Source: a virus. From it: a stretch of 64,000 bases of DNA. The position numbers and the translations under genes were made by a program. Under the pieces are notes generated by a model. That model was not told the DNA's origin and searched no databases. It saw only the letters and a list, made by a program, of their open reading frames with translations. This document shows positions 1 to 10,469 of this stretch, one piece after another; the stretch's first letter is position 1; each line of letters begins with the position of its first letter. Location of the stretch: IMG/VR virus record IMGVR_UViG_3300027963_005443; one strand, written 5' to 3'.

Positions 1-365
1 GGTTCAGAAATCTGTTGTGATGTTTTTGTGATATTTATTTTATTAATAGGAAGACCAACAGAAGAAAGTAATGATTCTAGCTCTTTTATAGAGCTATAAA
101 TATTATCTTTTGGATCATTCTTTTCGTCGTAGTCTTTCATTAATGCAGTAGCTATTTTTTGTAAAATTTTAAGATAGTTTAGACCTATATCTTTCTTAAG
201 TAATGGTCTTATCTTATTGACTATATTGATAACATATACAAAAACATCTTTCTTACTCATTACATCTATATCTGAGTAGATATCTTGTAGCGAAGACAGT
301 ATGTCTCCAACCTTAACGGCAAAATCTGATTTATTTTCACTAAGTAAAAAGTCTTTAAATTCCAT
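1..365 (-). CDS. Hypothetical protein (partial, runs off window start) with CTS-like N-terminus
   Basis: Not in ORF track. My manual translation from ATG at 365 gives MEFKDFLLSENKSDFAVKVGDILSS..., open to the window edge; starts 4 nt after the pyrG stop. Confidence 0.8.
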   Translation of the reverse strand, partial: MEFKDFLLSENKSDFAVKVGDILSSLQDIYSDIDVMSKKDVFVYVINIVNKIRPLLKKDIGLNYLKILQKIATALMKDYDEKNDPKDNIYSSIKELESLLSSVGLPINKINITKTSQQISE

Positions 366-369
366 AAAG

Positions 370-2001
370 TTATTTACTTTTTTTTGTTAATTTTTTTTTA
401 TTTTCCAAGGCCGCCGAAACAAAACCTTTAAAAAGAGGAGCGGCATCTGACAATCTGCTCTTAAATTCTGGATGTGCTTGTGTTCCGACAAAAAATGGAT
501 GCTTTAGTTGATCTAATTCCATTATTTCAACTAATTTGGTTTCCGGGTTAAATCCAGATAGATTTAAGCCCTTCTTAGCAAAAATCTCTAAATACTTAGG
601 ATTAACCTCGAGCCTATGTCTGTGCCTTTCGCTTATTGTGTTTTTATTGTCCCATCTATTTGGCGACCCAGAATAAACATTGTGAGCAATTGTGCCTTTA
701 ATTAATTCACAATTATAAGATCCTAATCTCATACTAGCGCTCTTAACTGCTATATCTTTTTGTCCTACTAAATAATGAACAACTGGGTCAACTGCATCTT
801 TGTCGAATTCTTGGCTATTAGCCCCCAGCATACTGCAAACATTTTTAGCAAATTCAATTACTGCACATTGCAGTCCTAGGCATATACCAAGAAATGGAAT
901 CTTATTTTCTCTAACATACTTTATACACTGAATTTTTCCTTCTGTTCCATTTTTATCAAACCCCCCAGGAACTATTAGTCCATCTATATCCTTGATAGTT
1001 TCCTTAACATTTTTATTGTCAATATCCTGTGCACGGATCCACTTTATATTTATCTTAACCCCATAAAACATTGAGGTGTGGGTAAGAGCTTCCTTCAAAG
1101 AAAGATAAGCCTCATCATGATTTGAATACTTTCCACAGATGCCAATAGTCATCTCTTCATTTATTGGTTTCTCAATTAGTTCTTTGTACTTATGTATTCT
1201 ACATGAGCTTCTCTTGAGCCTGAGCATATCTACACAATAATCATCTATATGTCTATTGTAAAATTCTATTGGAACTTGATAGACAGAATCTACGTCTCTG
1301 GCTTCGAATATAGCACCCCTATCAACACCCGTCATATCAGATACTTTATCTAATAATTTAACAGGTATTTCTCTGTCTACTCTGCACAGAAGCAATTCAG
1401 GATTTATACCATATTGATATAGTTGCTTGACTGCATTCTGTAGAGGTTTAGTCTTAAATTCTTTTATGGTTGGAACCCAGAGTATGGGCGCAACCATTGC
1501 CACCATGACATCATTTTTTTGTTCAAATTGACGAACTGCTTCGTAGAATACAGCACTTTCCATATCCCCCACAGTTCCGCCTATCTCACATATAACCACC
1601 TCTGAAGTTTTACCTAGACTTAAAAGACGATCTTGAATCTTATCTGTTACATGGGGCATAATTTGAAGAGTTCTCCCCAAATTTTCACCCTTTTCCTGAC
1701 CAACTATCAATTCTTTGTAAAGAGTTCCAGAAGTGCATATATTTTGGCTGGACATATTGATACCAGCAATTCGCTCAACGGTACCAAGGTCTAGATCTGT
1801 TTCTTTACCATCATCGCAAAGAAAACATTCTCCATGTTCAATAGGAGATAATACACCGGCATCCGAGGATAAATAAGGTTCAAACTTTATGTAGTTGACC
1901 TTATATCCACGAAGTTTTAACAACAAGGCTATAGAAGCAGATGCTACACCCTTGCCAGTTCCAGAAATTACTCCACCACAAACAATAATATATTTGGCCA
2001 T
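370..2001 (-). CDS. pyrG: CTP synthase
   Basis: GGVISGTGKG, EIGGTVGDMES, KTKPLQ, glutaminase GICLG and HPE motifs all intact. Confidence 0.97.
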   Translation of the reverse strand: MAKYIIVCGGVISGTGKGVASASIALLLKLRGYKVNYIKFEPYLSSDAGVLSPIEHGECFLCDDGKETDLDLGTVERIAGINMSSQNICTSGTLYKELIVGQEKGENLGRTLQIMPHVTDKIQDRLLSLGKTSEVVICEIGGTVGDMESAVFYEAVRQFEQKNDVMVAMVAPILWVPTIKEFKTKPLQNAVKQLYQYGINPELLLCRVDREIPVKLLDKVSDMTGVDRGAIFEARDVDSVYQVPIEFYNRHIDDYCVDMLRLKRSSCRIHKYKELIEKPINEEMTIGICGKYSNHDEAYLSLKEALTHTSMFYGVKINIKWIRAQDIDNKNVKETIKDIDGLIVPGGFDKNGTEGKIQCIKYVRENKIPFLGICLGLQCAVIEFAKNVCSMLGANSQEFDKDAVDPVVHYLVGQKDIAVKSASMRLGSYNCELIKGTIAHNVYSGSPNRWDNKNTISERHRHRLEVNPKYLEIFAKKGLNLSGFNPETKLVEIMELDQLKHPFFVGTQAHPEFKSRLSDAAPLFKGFVSAALENKKKLTKKSK

Positions 2002-2010
2002 TTTTTTAAA

Positions 2011-5000
2011 TTAATTTAATTCACATTTACCACCTGCACACGCAATTGTGTCCATTGGTTTAGTATAGTCTTTATCTTCTAAAAATTGGGTGTAGTCTAC
2101 TTCCTTATATTCCTTGGTTAAATCTAACCAGATTTTCCAATTATTTACATGTTTTAACATGTATGTGCATTTTTTAATATTGCCATCACAATATCTCATT
2201 GCAAATTGTCGGACTCTTCTAACCCAATCATTTTTTAACTCCCAGGATTTTTCTTCCTCCGGCTGAGTTGGCTTATCTAAAGCATATAAACCAACTGCGT
2301 AGTTGCATGCCTCCCAAAGATCTCCATAAGCATGTAAACCATCAACTATTAATCCGCTCGCAAGCAAGCAGCCTTCACCGTATTCTTGTAATATCTCTTT
2401 TGCATTCAAGACATTGCAAAAAGGAGCCTGAGGATAGTCTAAATCTCCACTTGCAGGAAGCAAACTAACTCCAGCAAAATACTTTCTATTCTTGTAGATG
2501 AAGTCTCCTACAATTTCCCACTCATCGGGACGAACATTAATTGTATTGCTAACATTATGACTTAACCAAGGTTGTGTGCAAGCACTTTTACGCTTACCAT
2601 AAGCCACCCAATTTTGTTGAGTAGTTTTCACATACTCTAGAAGGTCTTGAGCACTCAAATCATTCTTGGTTTTTGCTGCAGTTGGTACTTCAACACAGAA
2701 AGTAACAACTTCGTCTTTTTTGTTTGCACTCCAAACACTCTTATCAACAGCATGTGGATTAAACTTCTTGAAATATTGAAGAACGGGCTCCATTTGATTT
2801 GCCTGAGTTCTTCTGAAGTATCTCTTTGCATGATGAGGATGAATTCCGCTGCTTGTCCCCAATAAGCAGCTAGTGGTTCCTGCAGGTTTGATGCAGGTGG
2901 ACCTTGCACATGGATTTATACCAATCTTTTTAGCCATCCATTCATTGGTATCCAAAACCAGTTTGGCCATTTCCTTTTGAACTTCAGGATCGAATATTAC
3001 ATCTGGGTTGTCCATCATGCCAGTAATACTAACGCCTAACAAAGCTTCACGTTCCACAATCTTCTCAGTGGTTTTACCCAGATAAGGAAAACTTGTATAC
3101 CCTGCTTGTAAGGTTCCGATAATAGAAGCAGCCCTTGCAGCAATGGCAAAATCTTCCTTGCATTTAATCTTTTTGCCATTTATTTCGGTTAGATTGCAAC
3201 ACTGCCAGCCAGATTCTCCTGTTTCTATATCTACTGGGTACATGCCGATTTCCACGCATCTACGAGCAGTCATTCCTTCGGCAATCAAAGTTCTCCGATT
3301 ATTTTCTGTTAGACAGAAGACATCTTGTTTACCAATGTAAGTTATAGACTTAACTTTGGAAGAATAGTTTGGATGCCTTGGTGTCTGTGATTTTTCAAGA
3401 GCATAATTTATCCTTGTGACATCTTTGGTGTGTATGTCCAAGAAACTCAAACTATTTTTACAATTCAACAAACCTCCAACTATAAGTCTGTAACTCTCTT
3501 TTGTATTATAAGACCTATAGTTTCTGTTACTATCTGGGAGCATAGCTGAGCCAGCTTTTCTAGAGAGAAAAATCTTGCTAAAAACACCGAGCTCCTGAAG
3601 AATAAGTTGAATATCTGAAAGGATCTTCTTATTAACAGAAGTCAATCTCAGGCTAACTGTTTTTACCTCATCGGAATATTCTGTGTGTCCATCGCAATAA
3701 AACATTGCAGAAACAAATCCAGATTTAAACTCTTTGTTTTTAGAGTGGATAAAATCAATATTGTCTTTGTTTGCAGAAATGCCCTCTAATTTAAATATTT
3801 GACCAAGCAATGTACTTGAAAGAGTAAATTTTGGTTTACCTCCATAAATTTTGCCTTCATTGATACTAAACTTGGGATTGGTATTAGAATTTACATTTAA
3901 GTTTAAACTATCGATGTTGGCTTTGATTTCTTCTGATACGATGTTCTCAATCTTTGCTGCTAATGCGGGAGAATCTTCGCCCCACATTTCAATTCTGGCT
4001 GCGCCATCAGTAAAGCATCCATCGCCAAAAACCATTCCAACTAAATAACCAAAATTAAAGTCTCTTGAATCTTTCTTGGACTCATATAATTCTGGAAGTG
4101 GAACTAATACCTCATCGTCTACTCTAAGATCCTCCAACTTAACCATGCCGTTAACTGTGGCAAAATGATGGTTTCCAGTAGCTTTGACTTTTCGTCCACA
4201 ACTAAGTTCTAACTCGTAAACATCTCTATTACGACCAGTTCTACGAATGTTGGTTGCTAAATTAGATGTTGCTTCGTTAGGCAAATCCAAATTAATATCC
4301 CAAAATTCTTCATTATTTTCAATTCTTCCTAACACCCTATTATCTTGAAGAATTTTTACCTCTTCTCCCAGAATGGAGGAGAAAGACATCCAGCCACTTT
4401 CCGTTAGAATTCTTGTATCTATTGTGAAGCATGGGTTTGGAACTTGCTCCGTGCTGTCACTCCAATAGAAACCCGGTTCACCAAACTGCTTAATTGATTC
4501 CATAAGTTTCAAAAAGTCTTCTTTTGAAACTTCATCCCTAATTAAAACAGCAGAATTATTTGATCTGGCTCGCTGAGGATTATCGACAAACCAATTACCA
4601 GTCTTGGCAGTAGCCATTTCTTCATCATCGTGACTGAACAAAGCAATAGTAGCTGAGCGTCTAACGCCACCAGATAACACAGCATCACTTGCGTGCATTA
4701 TTATGTCGTAGGCATCTATTGATTTTAGTTTCTTTTGTTTGTTTTCTAAACAACGATCTAATAATTTCCTGATTATCTCCAAACTTCTCTTAAGAGGTTC
4801 TGATCCTGGGGCTTTGCCTACACCAGAAGCAAGAATTGTCCCTTCTGCCCTGATTAGGCTGTAGTCAAAATCTACATTAAAACCTTTCCATTCAGAAAAC
4901 TCTTGGTGAGGAAGATAGGTGGCAAGGAGAATCCCTAAAGCATCAGCCCAACCTTCAATTGTATCTGGGATAGAAAAAGTTTTGGATTCAAGAGCGGTTC

Positions 5001-5388
5001 TATCCAACTTATGAAAATTTGGAAGTTTATCCACATGATGTTTTTGAACGCTGAACCCCGTCCCTGCGCCGCAAAGTAATAGCCAAAAAGATTCTTGAAA
5101 AAATCTTATGCGATCACAAAAGCTAGATGTACAGTTGAAAATACGAGCATTCTTCTTCTCACATGGTTCTCCTCCAAATTGCAAAGCTCTTTGGGAACCA
5201 AGTACTTTTCTCTGTTTGACCATTTCAAATGCCCATTCAATATCCTCCGATGCTTGGGGATATCTACGAAGATGCATTTGCTTAACACGATCAACAGCCT
5301 CGGCCCATGTCTCTCTACGACCCTCTTCTTTGTTATATCGAGCGTATTTAGAGTAATAGGTATAATCTTGAAGAGCTTTTACTGACAT
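2011..5388 (-). CDS. nrdJ: Class II (adenosylcobalamin-dependent) ribonucleotide reductase containing an intein
   Basis: FNC, GGVRRSA, NPC/EI split by insertion, IKPAGTTS, C-terminal CAGGKC pair; SD AAGGAG upstream. Confidence 0.93.
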   Translation of the reverse strand: MSVKALQDYTYYSKYARYNKEEGRRETWAEAVDRVKQMHLRRYPQASEDIEWAFEMVKQRKVLGSQRALQFGGEPCEKKNARIFNCTSSFCDRIRFFQESFWLLLCGAGTGFSVQKHHVDKLPNFHKLDRTALESKTFSIPDTIEGWADALGILLATYLPHQEFSEWKGFNVDFDYSLIRAEGTILASGVGKAPGSEPLKRSLEIIRKLLDRCLENKQKKLKSIDAYDIIMHASDAVLSGGVRRSATIALFSHDDEEMATAKTGNWFVDNPQRARSNNSAVLIRDEVSKEDFLKLMESIKQFGEPGFYWSDSTEQVPNPCFTIDTRILTESGWMSFSSILGEEVKILQDNRVLGRIENNEEFWDINLDLPNEATSNLATNIRRTGRNRDVYELELSCGRKVKATGNHHFATVNGMVKLEDLRVDDEVLVPLPELYESKKDSRDFNFGYLVGMVFGDGCFTDGAARIEMWGEDSPALAAKIENIVSEEIKANIDSLNLNVNSNTNPKFSINEGKIYGGKPKFTLSSTLLGQIFKLEGISANKDNIDFIHSKNKEFKSGFVSAMFYCDGHTEYSDEVKTVSLRLTSVNKKILSDIQLILQELGVFSKIFLSRKAGSAMLPDSNRNYRSYNTKESYRLIVGGLLNCKNSLSFLDIHTKDVTRINYALEKSQTPRHPNYSSKVKSITYIGKQDVFCLTENNRRTLIAEGMTARRCVEIGMYPVDIETGESGWQCCNLTEINGKKIKCKEDFAIAARAASIIGTLQAGYTSFPYLGKTTEKIVEREALLGVSITGMMDNPDVIFDPEVQKEMAKLVLDTNEWMAKKIGINPCARSTCIKPAGTTSCLLGTSSGIHPHHAKRYFRRTQANQMEPVLQYFKKFNPHAVDKSVWSANKKDEVVTFCVEVPTAAKTKNDLSAQDLLEYVKTTQQNWVAYGKRKSACTQPWLSHNVSNTINVRPDEWEIVGDFIYKNRKYFAGVSLLPASGDLDYPQAPFCNVLNAKEILQEYGEGCLLASGLIVDGLHAYGDLWEACNYAVGLYALDKPTQPEEEKSWELKNDWVRRVRQFAMRYCDGNIKKCTYMLKHVNNWKIWLDLTKEYKEVDYTQFLEDKDYTKPMDTIACAGGKCELN
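3259..4431 (-). mobile_element. Intein (391 aa) with LAGLIDADG-type homing endonuclease and atypical Arg C-terminus
   Basis: Begins CFTIDTRILTESG after PNP; block B ATGNHHF; LAGLIDADG-like GMVFGDG and AMFYCDG; ends DVFCLTENNRRTLIAEGMTARR followed by CVEI. Confidence 0.9.
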
Positions 5389-5547
5389 GGTTCTCCTTTA
5401 GTTTCTAGATTTAGGTAAAGTATATTTAGTTGGAAAGAATTTTTTTTATTGACAATTTTTAATAAAAATTATCAATTTATTTTGTCTTGTTTTTCTATAT
5501 TAACTTCACAAGATTATAGCTAAAAAGTTAATATAAACAAGAGACAT

Positions 5548-7551
5548 TTAATCTTTTTCTAATTTAGAAATTCCATTTTCCATTATTAGATTTAAAATAT
5601 CTGAGCCGGAGAGCATAGATAGCAAATCGTTATCGTGAGTGGTAATAAAAATTTGTCGATCCTCCGCCAACTCACATATCATGTGATAAATATTATTAAC
5701 TCCTATTGGATCAATGTTTGTCGTAACTTCATCAAGAAACATTATGCTTGGGCAAGTTCCGGTGGTGAGTAGCATCACATGTGCAAAGCTCAAAGAAACA
5801 GCAAGATTTAGTCTTCTCTTTTGTCCTGCGCTCATGGTGTGATAGAAGAAATCAATTTGTTCATCATTGATTATTTTAAATATACTTTCTTCTAATTCAT
5901 TATTAAATTCTATCTTCAACCTGTTGTTGTCAAGGACTTGCATCCAATACATCAATTTAGAATTAAGGGCAGGGATTATTCCATCTACAACCCATTTTCG
6001 GATTCCTTTATCTCCAAATGCATCCACCCAGAATGAATAATAGGGAATTTCTTTTTCAGCCTCTTGAATCTTTTCCTTCTTGGATTCAACAGCTTCTTCT
6101 GCCTCTTCTTTATCTTTAATTAAATTTGCAATTATTTCAGAATATGGAGATGTATTCTCGAACTCTTCTTTTAACTCCTTAGCCTTTTTAGTTAATAATT
6201 CTATTTCAGCCTGCAGCACTTTTTTTACAGAATTGGATTCAGGCTCTTTTATAGCAGAAAGTTTGACAAATTCATTTCTAAAAGAATTTAAGTTGACATT
6301 AATTTCTTGCTCTTTTTTAGAAAATTCCAATACCTTTTTTTCTTTTTCTTTAATATCTTCTTCAAGCTTTTTCGGATTTAAACTTAATATATCTTCAGAA
6401 AAATCTTTAATCTCTTTTTCAAGAACATCGTTATCTTCATTATATTTTTCAAGTACCTTTGAATAATTCTCGGGGTCTATCTTCCCATAACACACGCTAC
6501 ATGTTTGACCAGGTTCATGTTCATGTAATTTCTTAATTTCCTTATTATTTTTTTCTACACTAGATTTTTTATTCTTTATTTCGAAATCAAGTTTGCGAAT
6601 AGAATCTTTTTTTGATTCAAATTCTTTTTTAATCAAATCAATAGACTCTTTTAATTTTAATTTGTCATCAGCTAATTTTTTAATAACAGAATTATTATTC
6701 TCTATATCGATATTTATTTCATCAATTCTTTCCCTTGCCTTTTCATACTCAGATAAATCTTCTTCTTCATTAAGATTTTCAAGCTTGGATTTCTTATCTT
6801 TTATAGAAACAATTAGAGTTGATATTTCTTTCTTTTTACCATTCTTCCAAGAAATTTCATTTTGATTTGCTTGTTCTATTTTTTGTTCTATAGATGTTTT
6901 GTTCTTATCCAGAATTTCATATTCAGATGTATATTGTTTTAAAAAATTCTTACTATCCCTCAATAAGTTCTTACTTGCATCAAATCTCTGTCTGTAAACA
7001 TCTAGACTTAAAAGATTCTCTACAATTTCACGTTTTTTGGGAGTGTCGGCTTCTAAGAAATAGCTACTGATGTCATCTGTGAAAACGGAAGTTTTAATAA
7101 ACGATTCATAAGAAAGCCCTATTATTTCTTCTATCTTAAGCTGTGTATCAACAGATTTGCCCTGTGTGATTTCTGTTTTATCAGTCCAATCTTGATCTTC
7201 ACTCTCCCAGAGTCTCAGGAAATCAGGACTTCTTCCTCTTGAGACCTTGTATTTATCAAATATAATTTCTACTTTACAATTCTTCTTGATTAAATTATTG
7301 ACAACATCATTCTTGCTGAATTTCTTTGGGCTTTTAATTGTTTTGCCAAATAAGGCGTAAACAATAATCTCAGGGATACTGGATTTGCCAGAGCCGTTGC
7401 TCGACTCCTTTAAAGAGCTTTCATCTATATCCATGTTTTGACCACGGACCAAAATGATATTGCTCAATTCTTCAAAAGATATCTCTATGCCCTCTGGGCC
7501 GAATGGCAAAAAGTTATAAGCAGAAGCGCTTTTAAATTTTAGATTTTTCAT
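5548..7551 (-). CDS. gp46: Rad50/SbcC-like recombination ATPase (T4 gp46-like)
   Basis: Walker A NGSGKS, coiled coil with CSVC hook, signature MSAGQ, Walker B FLDE. Confidence 0.93.
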   Translation of the reverse strand: MKNLKFKSASAYNFLPFGPEGIEISFEELSNIILVRGQNMDIDESSLKESSNGSGKSSIPEIIVYALFGKTIKSPKKFSKNDVVNNLIKKNCKVEIIFDKYKVSRGRSPDFLRLWESEDQDWTDKTEITQGKSVDTQLKIEEIIGLSYESFIKTSVFTDDISSYFLEADTPKKREIVENLLSLDVYRQRFDASKNLLRDSKNFLKQYTSEYEILDKNKTSIEQKIEQANQNEISWKNGKKKEISTLIVSIKDKKSKLENLNEEEDLSEYEKARERIDEINIDIENNNSVIKKLADDKLKLKESIDLIKKEFESKKDSIRKLDFEIKNKKSSVEKNNKEIKKLHEHEPGQTCSVCYGKIDPENYSKVLEKYNEDNDVLEKEIKDFSEDILSLNPKKLEEDIKEKEKKVLEFSKKEQEINVNLNSFRNEFVKLSAIKEPESNSVKKVLQAEIELLTKKAKELKEEFENTSPYSEIIANLIKDKEEAEEAVESKKEKIQEAEKEIPYYSFWVDAFGDKGIRKWVVDGIIPALNSKLMYWMQVLDNNRLKIEFNNELEESIFKIINDEQIDFFYHTMSAGQKRRLNLAVSLSFAHVMLLTTGTCPSIMFLDEVTTNIDPIGVNNIYHMICELAEDRQIFITTHDNDLLSMLSGSDILNLIMENGISKLEKD

Positions 7552-8603
7552 GCTACCTGAGTTTCGCAGATTTTCTTTCCAATTTTTACCAAAAGTTCTT
7601 TATCTAATTCAGTCTTTGACTGTTCTACATATTTGGAAATCATATCTTCTTCATTATAAGAAGAAACTTCTATCTTTTCATCATCCTCTTTTTTAGAATC
7701 AATCTTTTTAGTTTGTTTAACTTTTAGTTCTAAAACTTTATTTTCTTGCGTTATAGATTTTTTAATTTTTAATAAATCTACATTAGAAATATCATCTACA
7801 ATCAATTGGATAAAGTTACCATTTAAATCATGATTTTGCAAATCATCGTCTTTGCAAATAATATGTTTTGGACTAAATTTATTCTCTATATATTTTTTGG
7901 TTCCGTCTTCAACATCTAAAAGTACAATACATTTCTTTTCAAAGGCTTCGCCAAAACTTAATTGAAGAGGACTGCCTATGTATTCGACATTATCGTTGAC
8001 ATTTTGTTTGGAATGAAAATGACCTAAAAACACATTATCGTAACCAGAGAATAATTTTGGATCTACACTTACCATATCTCCTTCATGCTCAACAAGAATG
8101 TCAGAAGAATATTTACCTTGATGCATTTTAGCATCATTAATTGCAATGTGTCCTATTAAAAACTTCTTTTTACCAGAAAGACTATCTAAAATCTTTAGGG
8201 ATTCAGGAACATTATTTGTGAATGGAAGGAAATCCCAATTGACACCTTCAATTTCTATTCTTTTTGGTTTATCTATTAATTCAATTCCATCTATAGCAGT
8301 GAATGGAGTAACGCTGCTTACAGTTGATTTATCAAAAAACCATAGATCATGGTTGCCCAGAAGCATCCAAAGCTTTAAATCTTTAAAGCTTTCTCTAAGA
8401 ACTTCAAATGTTCTTTGATAAGTATAAATGTCAATTTTATATCTATCGTGGAAAAAATCTCCACCAAAAATAACGTTCTTTACTTTATTTTTCTTTGCGG
8501 TATCGGCAACCCAAGAAAGAACTTTTAAACAATCCTCTAATCGATCTAAACTCTTTTTATGAGGATGTATGTGGAGATCACTGAATAAAAGTATTTTTGA
8601 CAT
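7548..8603 (-). CDS. gp47: Mre11/SbcD-like nuclease (T4 gp47-like)
   Basis: SDLH, GGDFFH, GNHD, GHFH metallophosphoesterase motifs; overlaps gp46 start by 4 nt. Confidence 0.93.
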   Translation of the reverse strand: MSKILLFSDLHIHPHKKSLDRLEDCLKVLSWVADTAKKNKVKNVIFGGDFFHDRYKIDIYTYQRTFEVLRESFKDLKLWMLLGNHDLWFFDKSTVSSVTPFTAIDGIELIDKPKRIEIEGVNWDFLPFTNNVPESLKILDSLSGKKKFLIGHIAINDAKMHQGKYSSDILVEHEGDMVSVDPKLFSGYDNVFLGHFHSKQNVNDNVEYIGSPLQLSFGEAFEKKCIVLLDVEDGTKKYIENKFSPKHIICKDDDLQNHDLNGNFIQLIVDDISNVDLLKIKKSITQENKVLELKVKQTKKIDSKKEDDEKIEVSSYNEEDMISKYVEQSKTELDKELLVKIGKKICETQVA

Positions 8604-8642
8604 AAAACCATATTAACACATATTATAGATAAAATCAAAGAA

Positions 8643-8936
8643 CTACTTTGAAAGATATTTCTCGAGAGTGTCCCAAACATTTGAGCTCTTAATTCCTTCT
8701 GGCTTGGTTCCTCCGCCGGATCCGACTTGAGGCATTCCACCGCCCATATCGGGCATTCCTCCACTCATAGAAGGCATCCCGCTGCCCATGTCGGGCATTC
8801 CTCCACTCATGCTCGGAGCAGTAGGGTCGCTTGCGGGGGCGGCAGCAGGTCCAGCAGGAGCGGCAGGAGAGGCAGGACCAGCAGGAGCGGGAGCATCTGC
8901 TTCTTTTATTAATTTATAATTAGAATAAGATATCAT
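8643..8936 (-). CDS. Small Pro/Ala/Gly/Met-rich low-complexity protein with CTS-like N-terminus
   Basis: MISYSNYKLIKE then PAPA and GGMPDMG repeats. Confidence 0.7.
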   Translation of the reverse strand: MISYSNYKLIKEADAPAPAGPASPAAPAGPAAAPASDPTAPSMSGGMPDMGSGMPSMSGGMPDMGGGMPQVGSGGGTKPEGIKSSNVWDTLEKYLSK

Positions 8937-8951
8937 GTCATATATATGTAT
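8937..8951. promoter_or_regulatory. Putative bidirectional TATATA promoter between divergent start codons 15 nt apart
   Basis: GTCATATATATGTAT; no room for an SD on either side. Confidence 0.55.
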
Positions 8952-9389
8952 ATGAGAAGCTTTAAAAAATGGATGGAAGAAAAGACAGAAAATCCAGAAG
9001 AAGAGACTCTAGATATCCAACAGCCAATTGCATACCAACAAAATATGGTTGCAAGCGAAATAGAACCAGAAGAAAAAAGTTGGAGTGCCAAAAAGAAAGA
9101 TATTTTAAAGTACTGGCGTGGGATACCAGAAATGCCTATAATGGCCACCCCGATAAGCAAAGACCATGAAGGAACGACATTTGATGAAGACACAATAAGA
9201 ATTACAGGTCAGCCGAAGTTCATATATTCTGTTTTATCTAAATTAAAACAATTTTTGAACATGGAGTCTAAAGAAACAAAACTCCAATTATTATTTAAAA
9301 AATCAGAAAAACCAAATTTAGAAAATCCCTCAAAGAAAAGTTACGCATTTTATATTCAAGTCAAGGAACGTGGTAGTAAATCAAAATGA
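8952..9389 (+). CDS. Hypothetical protein with CTS-like N-terminus
   Basis: Second ATG gives MRSFKKWMEE; overlaps next gene by 4 nt. Confidence 0.75.
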   Translation: MRSFKKWMEEKTENPEEETLDIQQPIAYQQNMVASEIEPEEKSWSAKKKDILKYWRGIPEMPIMATPISKDHEGTTFDEDTIRITGQPKFIYSVLSKLKQFLNMESKETKLQLLFKKSEKPNLENPSKKSYAFYIQVKERGSKSK

Positions 9390-10465
9390 TTGTTTCTGAG
9401 GAGCAAAAGGAAGTTATTAGAGGTGTTTTAAAAAACATTAATAATAATCAATTTTTGGGAATTGGTGGCTTAGCTGGTACCGGAAAAACTACAATTATAA
9501 AAATATTAAGACACAAACTCAAAAATTGGGCATTGGGAGCCTATACAGGCAAGGCCGCAAATGTGTTGAGGCAAAAAGGCAATCATGATGCGAGAACAAT
9601 TCACAATCTAATATACTACCCAGCAAAAACAGAAGATGAAGAAACAGTTTGGCTACGGTATCCCACAGAAGAAATTCCATATGACGGCTTCATAATAGAC
9701 GAAGCAAGTATGGTGGGAAAAGAAATACATGAGGATTTATTAAGTTTTAATAAACCAATAATCTATATTGGAGATCATGGACAATTAGAACCAATCGGAA
9801 GCAAATTTAATTTAATGAAGGATCCAGATTATAAACTGGAAACTATCCATAGAAATGCCGGAGAGATAGCACACTTTGCAGAACATTTGAGGAAAGGAAA
9901 AAATCCCCATTCATTTAAGTCAGAAAAAAAAGTAAAGATAGTAAAGAAAAATCTGATTAAAGATTCCTGCATGTCGAAGGCGGAACAGGTTATATGTGCA
10001 TTTAATAAAACCAGAGCGAGTGTGAACAGACGAATAAGAACAAGTTTAGGTTTAGACGAGGTCCCAATAGCAATAAATGAAAGAATCATATGTTTAAAAA
10101 ATAATAGAAGATTACAATTATTTAATGGGATGCAGGGGGTCGTGAAAGAACTCCATACTTTTAATAGATTTAGCTTTGTTTCAGGAGATATTCTCTATCA
10201 TAAAATACCTTATGATCACAATCAATTTGGTAAAGAAAAAAATGAATTTGAGTTTCAACAAGAAGATAATCCATTCGACTATGCTTATGCTATAACGGCC
10301 CATAAGGCACAAGGCGATAGTTTTAGCACAGTAATAGTCTTGGAAGAAAAGTGTGACATGTGGGATCACACAAGATGGGCCTATACAGCAGCGAGTAGAG
10401 CAAAAAACATTCTTGTATGGGCTACGCAAGAAAACTATTTACCTAATTACTTAACTAGGGCATAA
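9386..10465 (+). CDS. SF1B helicase (Dda/RecD-like)
   Basis: GLAGTGKT, IIDEASM, GDHGQL, YAITAHKAQG, YTAASRAK. Confidence 0.9.
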   Translation: MIVSEEQKEVIRGVLKNINNNQFLGIGGLAGTGKTTIIKILRHKLKNWALGAYTGKAANVLRQKGNHDARTIHNLIYYPAKTEDEETVWLRYPTEEIPYDGFIIDEASMVGKEIHEDLLSFNKPIIYIGDHGQLEPIGSKFNLMKDPDYKLETIHRNAGEIAHFAEHLRKGKNPHSFKSEKKVKIVKKNLIKDSCMSKAEQVICAFNKTRASVNRRIRTSLGLDEVPIAINERIICLKNNRRLQLFNGMQGVVKELHTFNRFSFVSGDILYHKIPYDHNQFGKEKNEFEFQQEDNPFDYAYAITAHKAQGDSFSTVIVLEEKCDMWDHTRWAYTAASRAKNILVWATQENYLPNYLTRA

Positions 10466-10469
10466 GATT

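Noticed and set aside
5440-5490. AT-rich imperfect hairpin between gp46 and nrdJ
   Set aside because: Weak, AT-only stem expected by chance at this base composition
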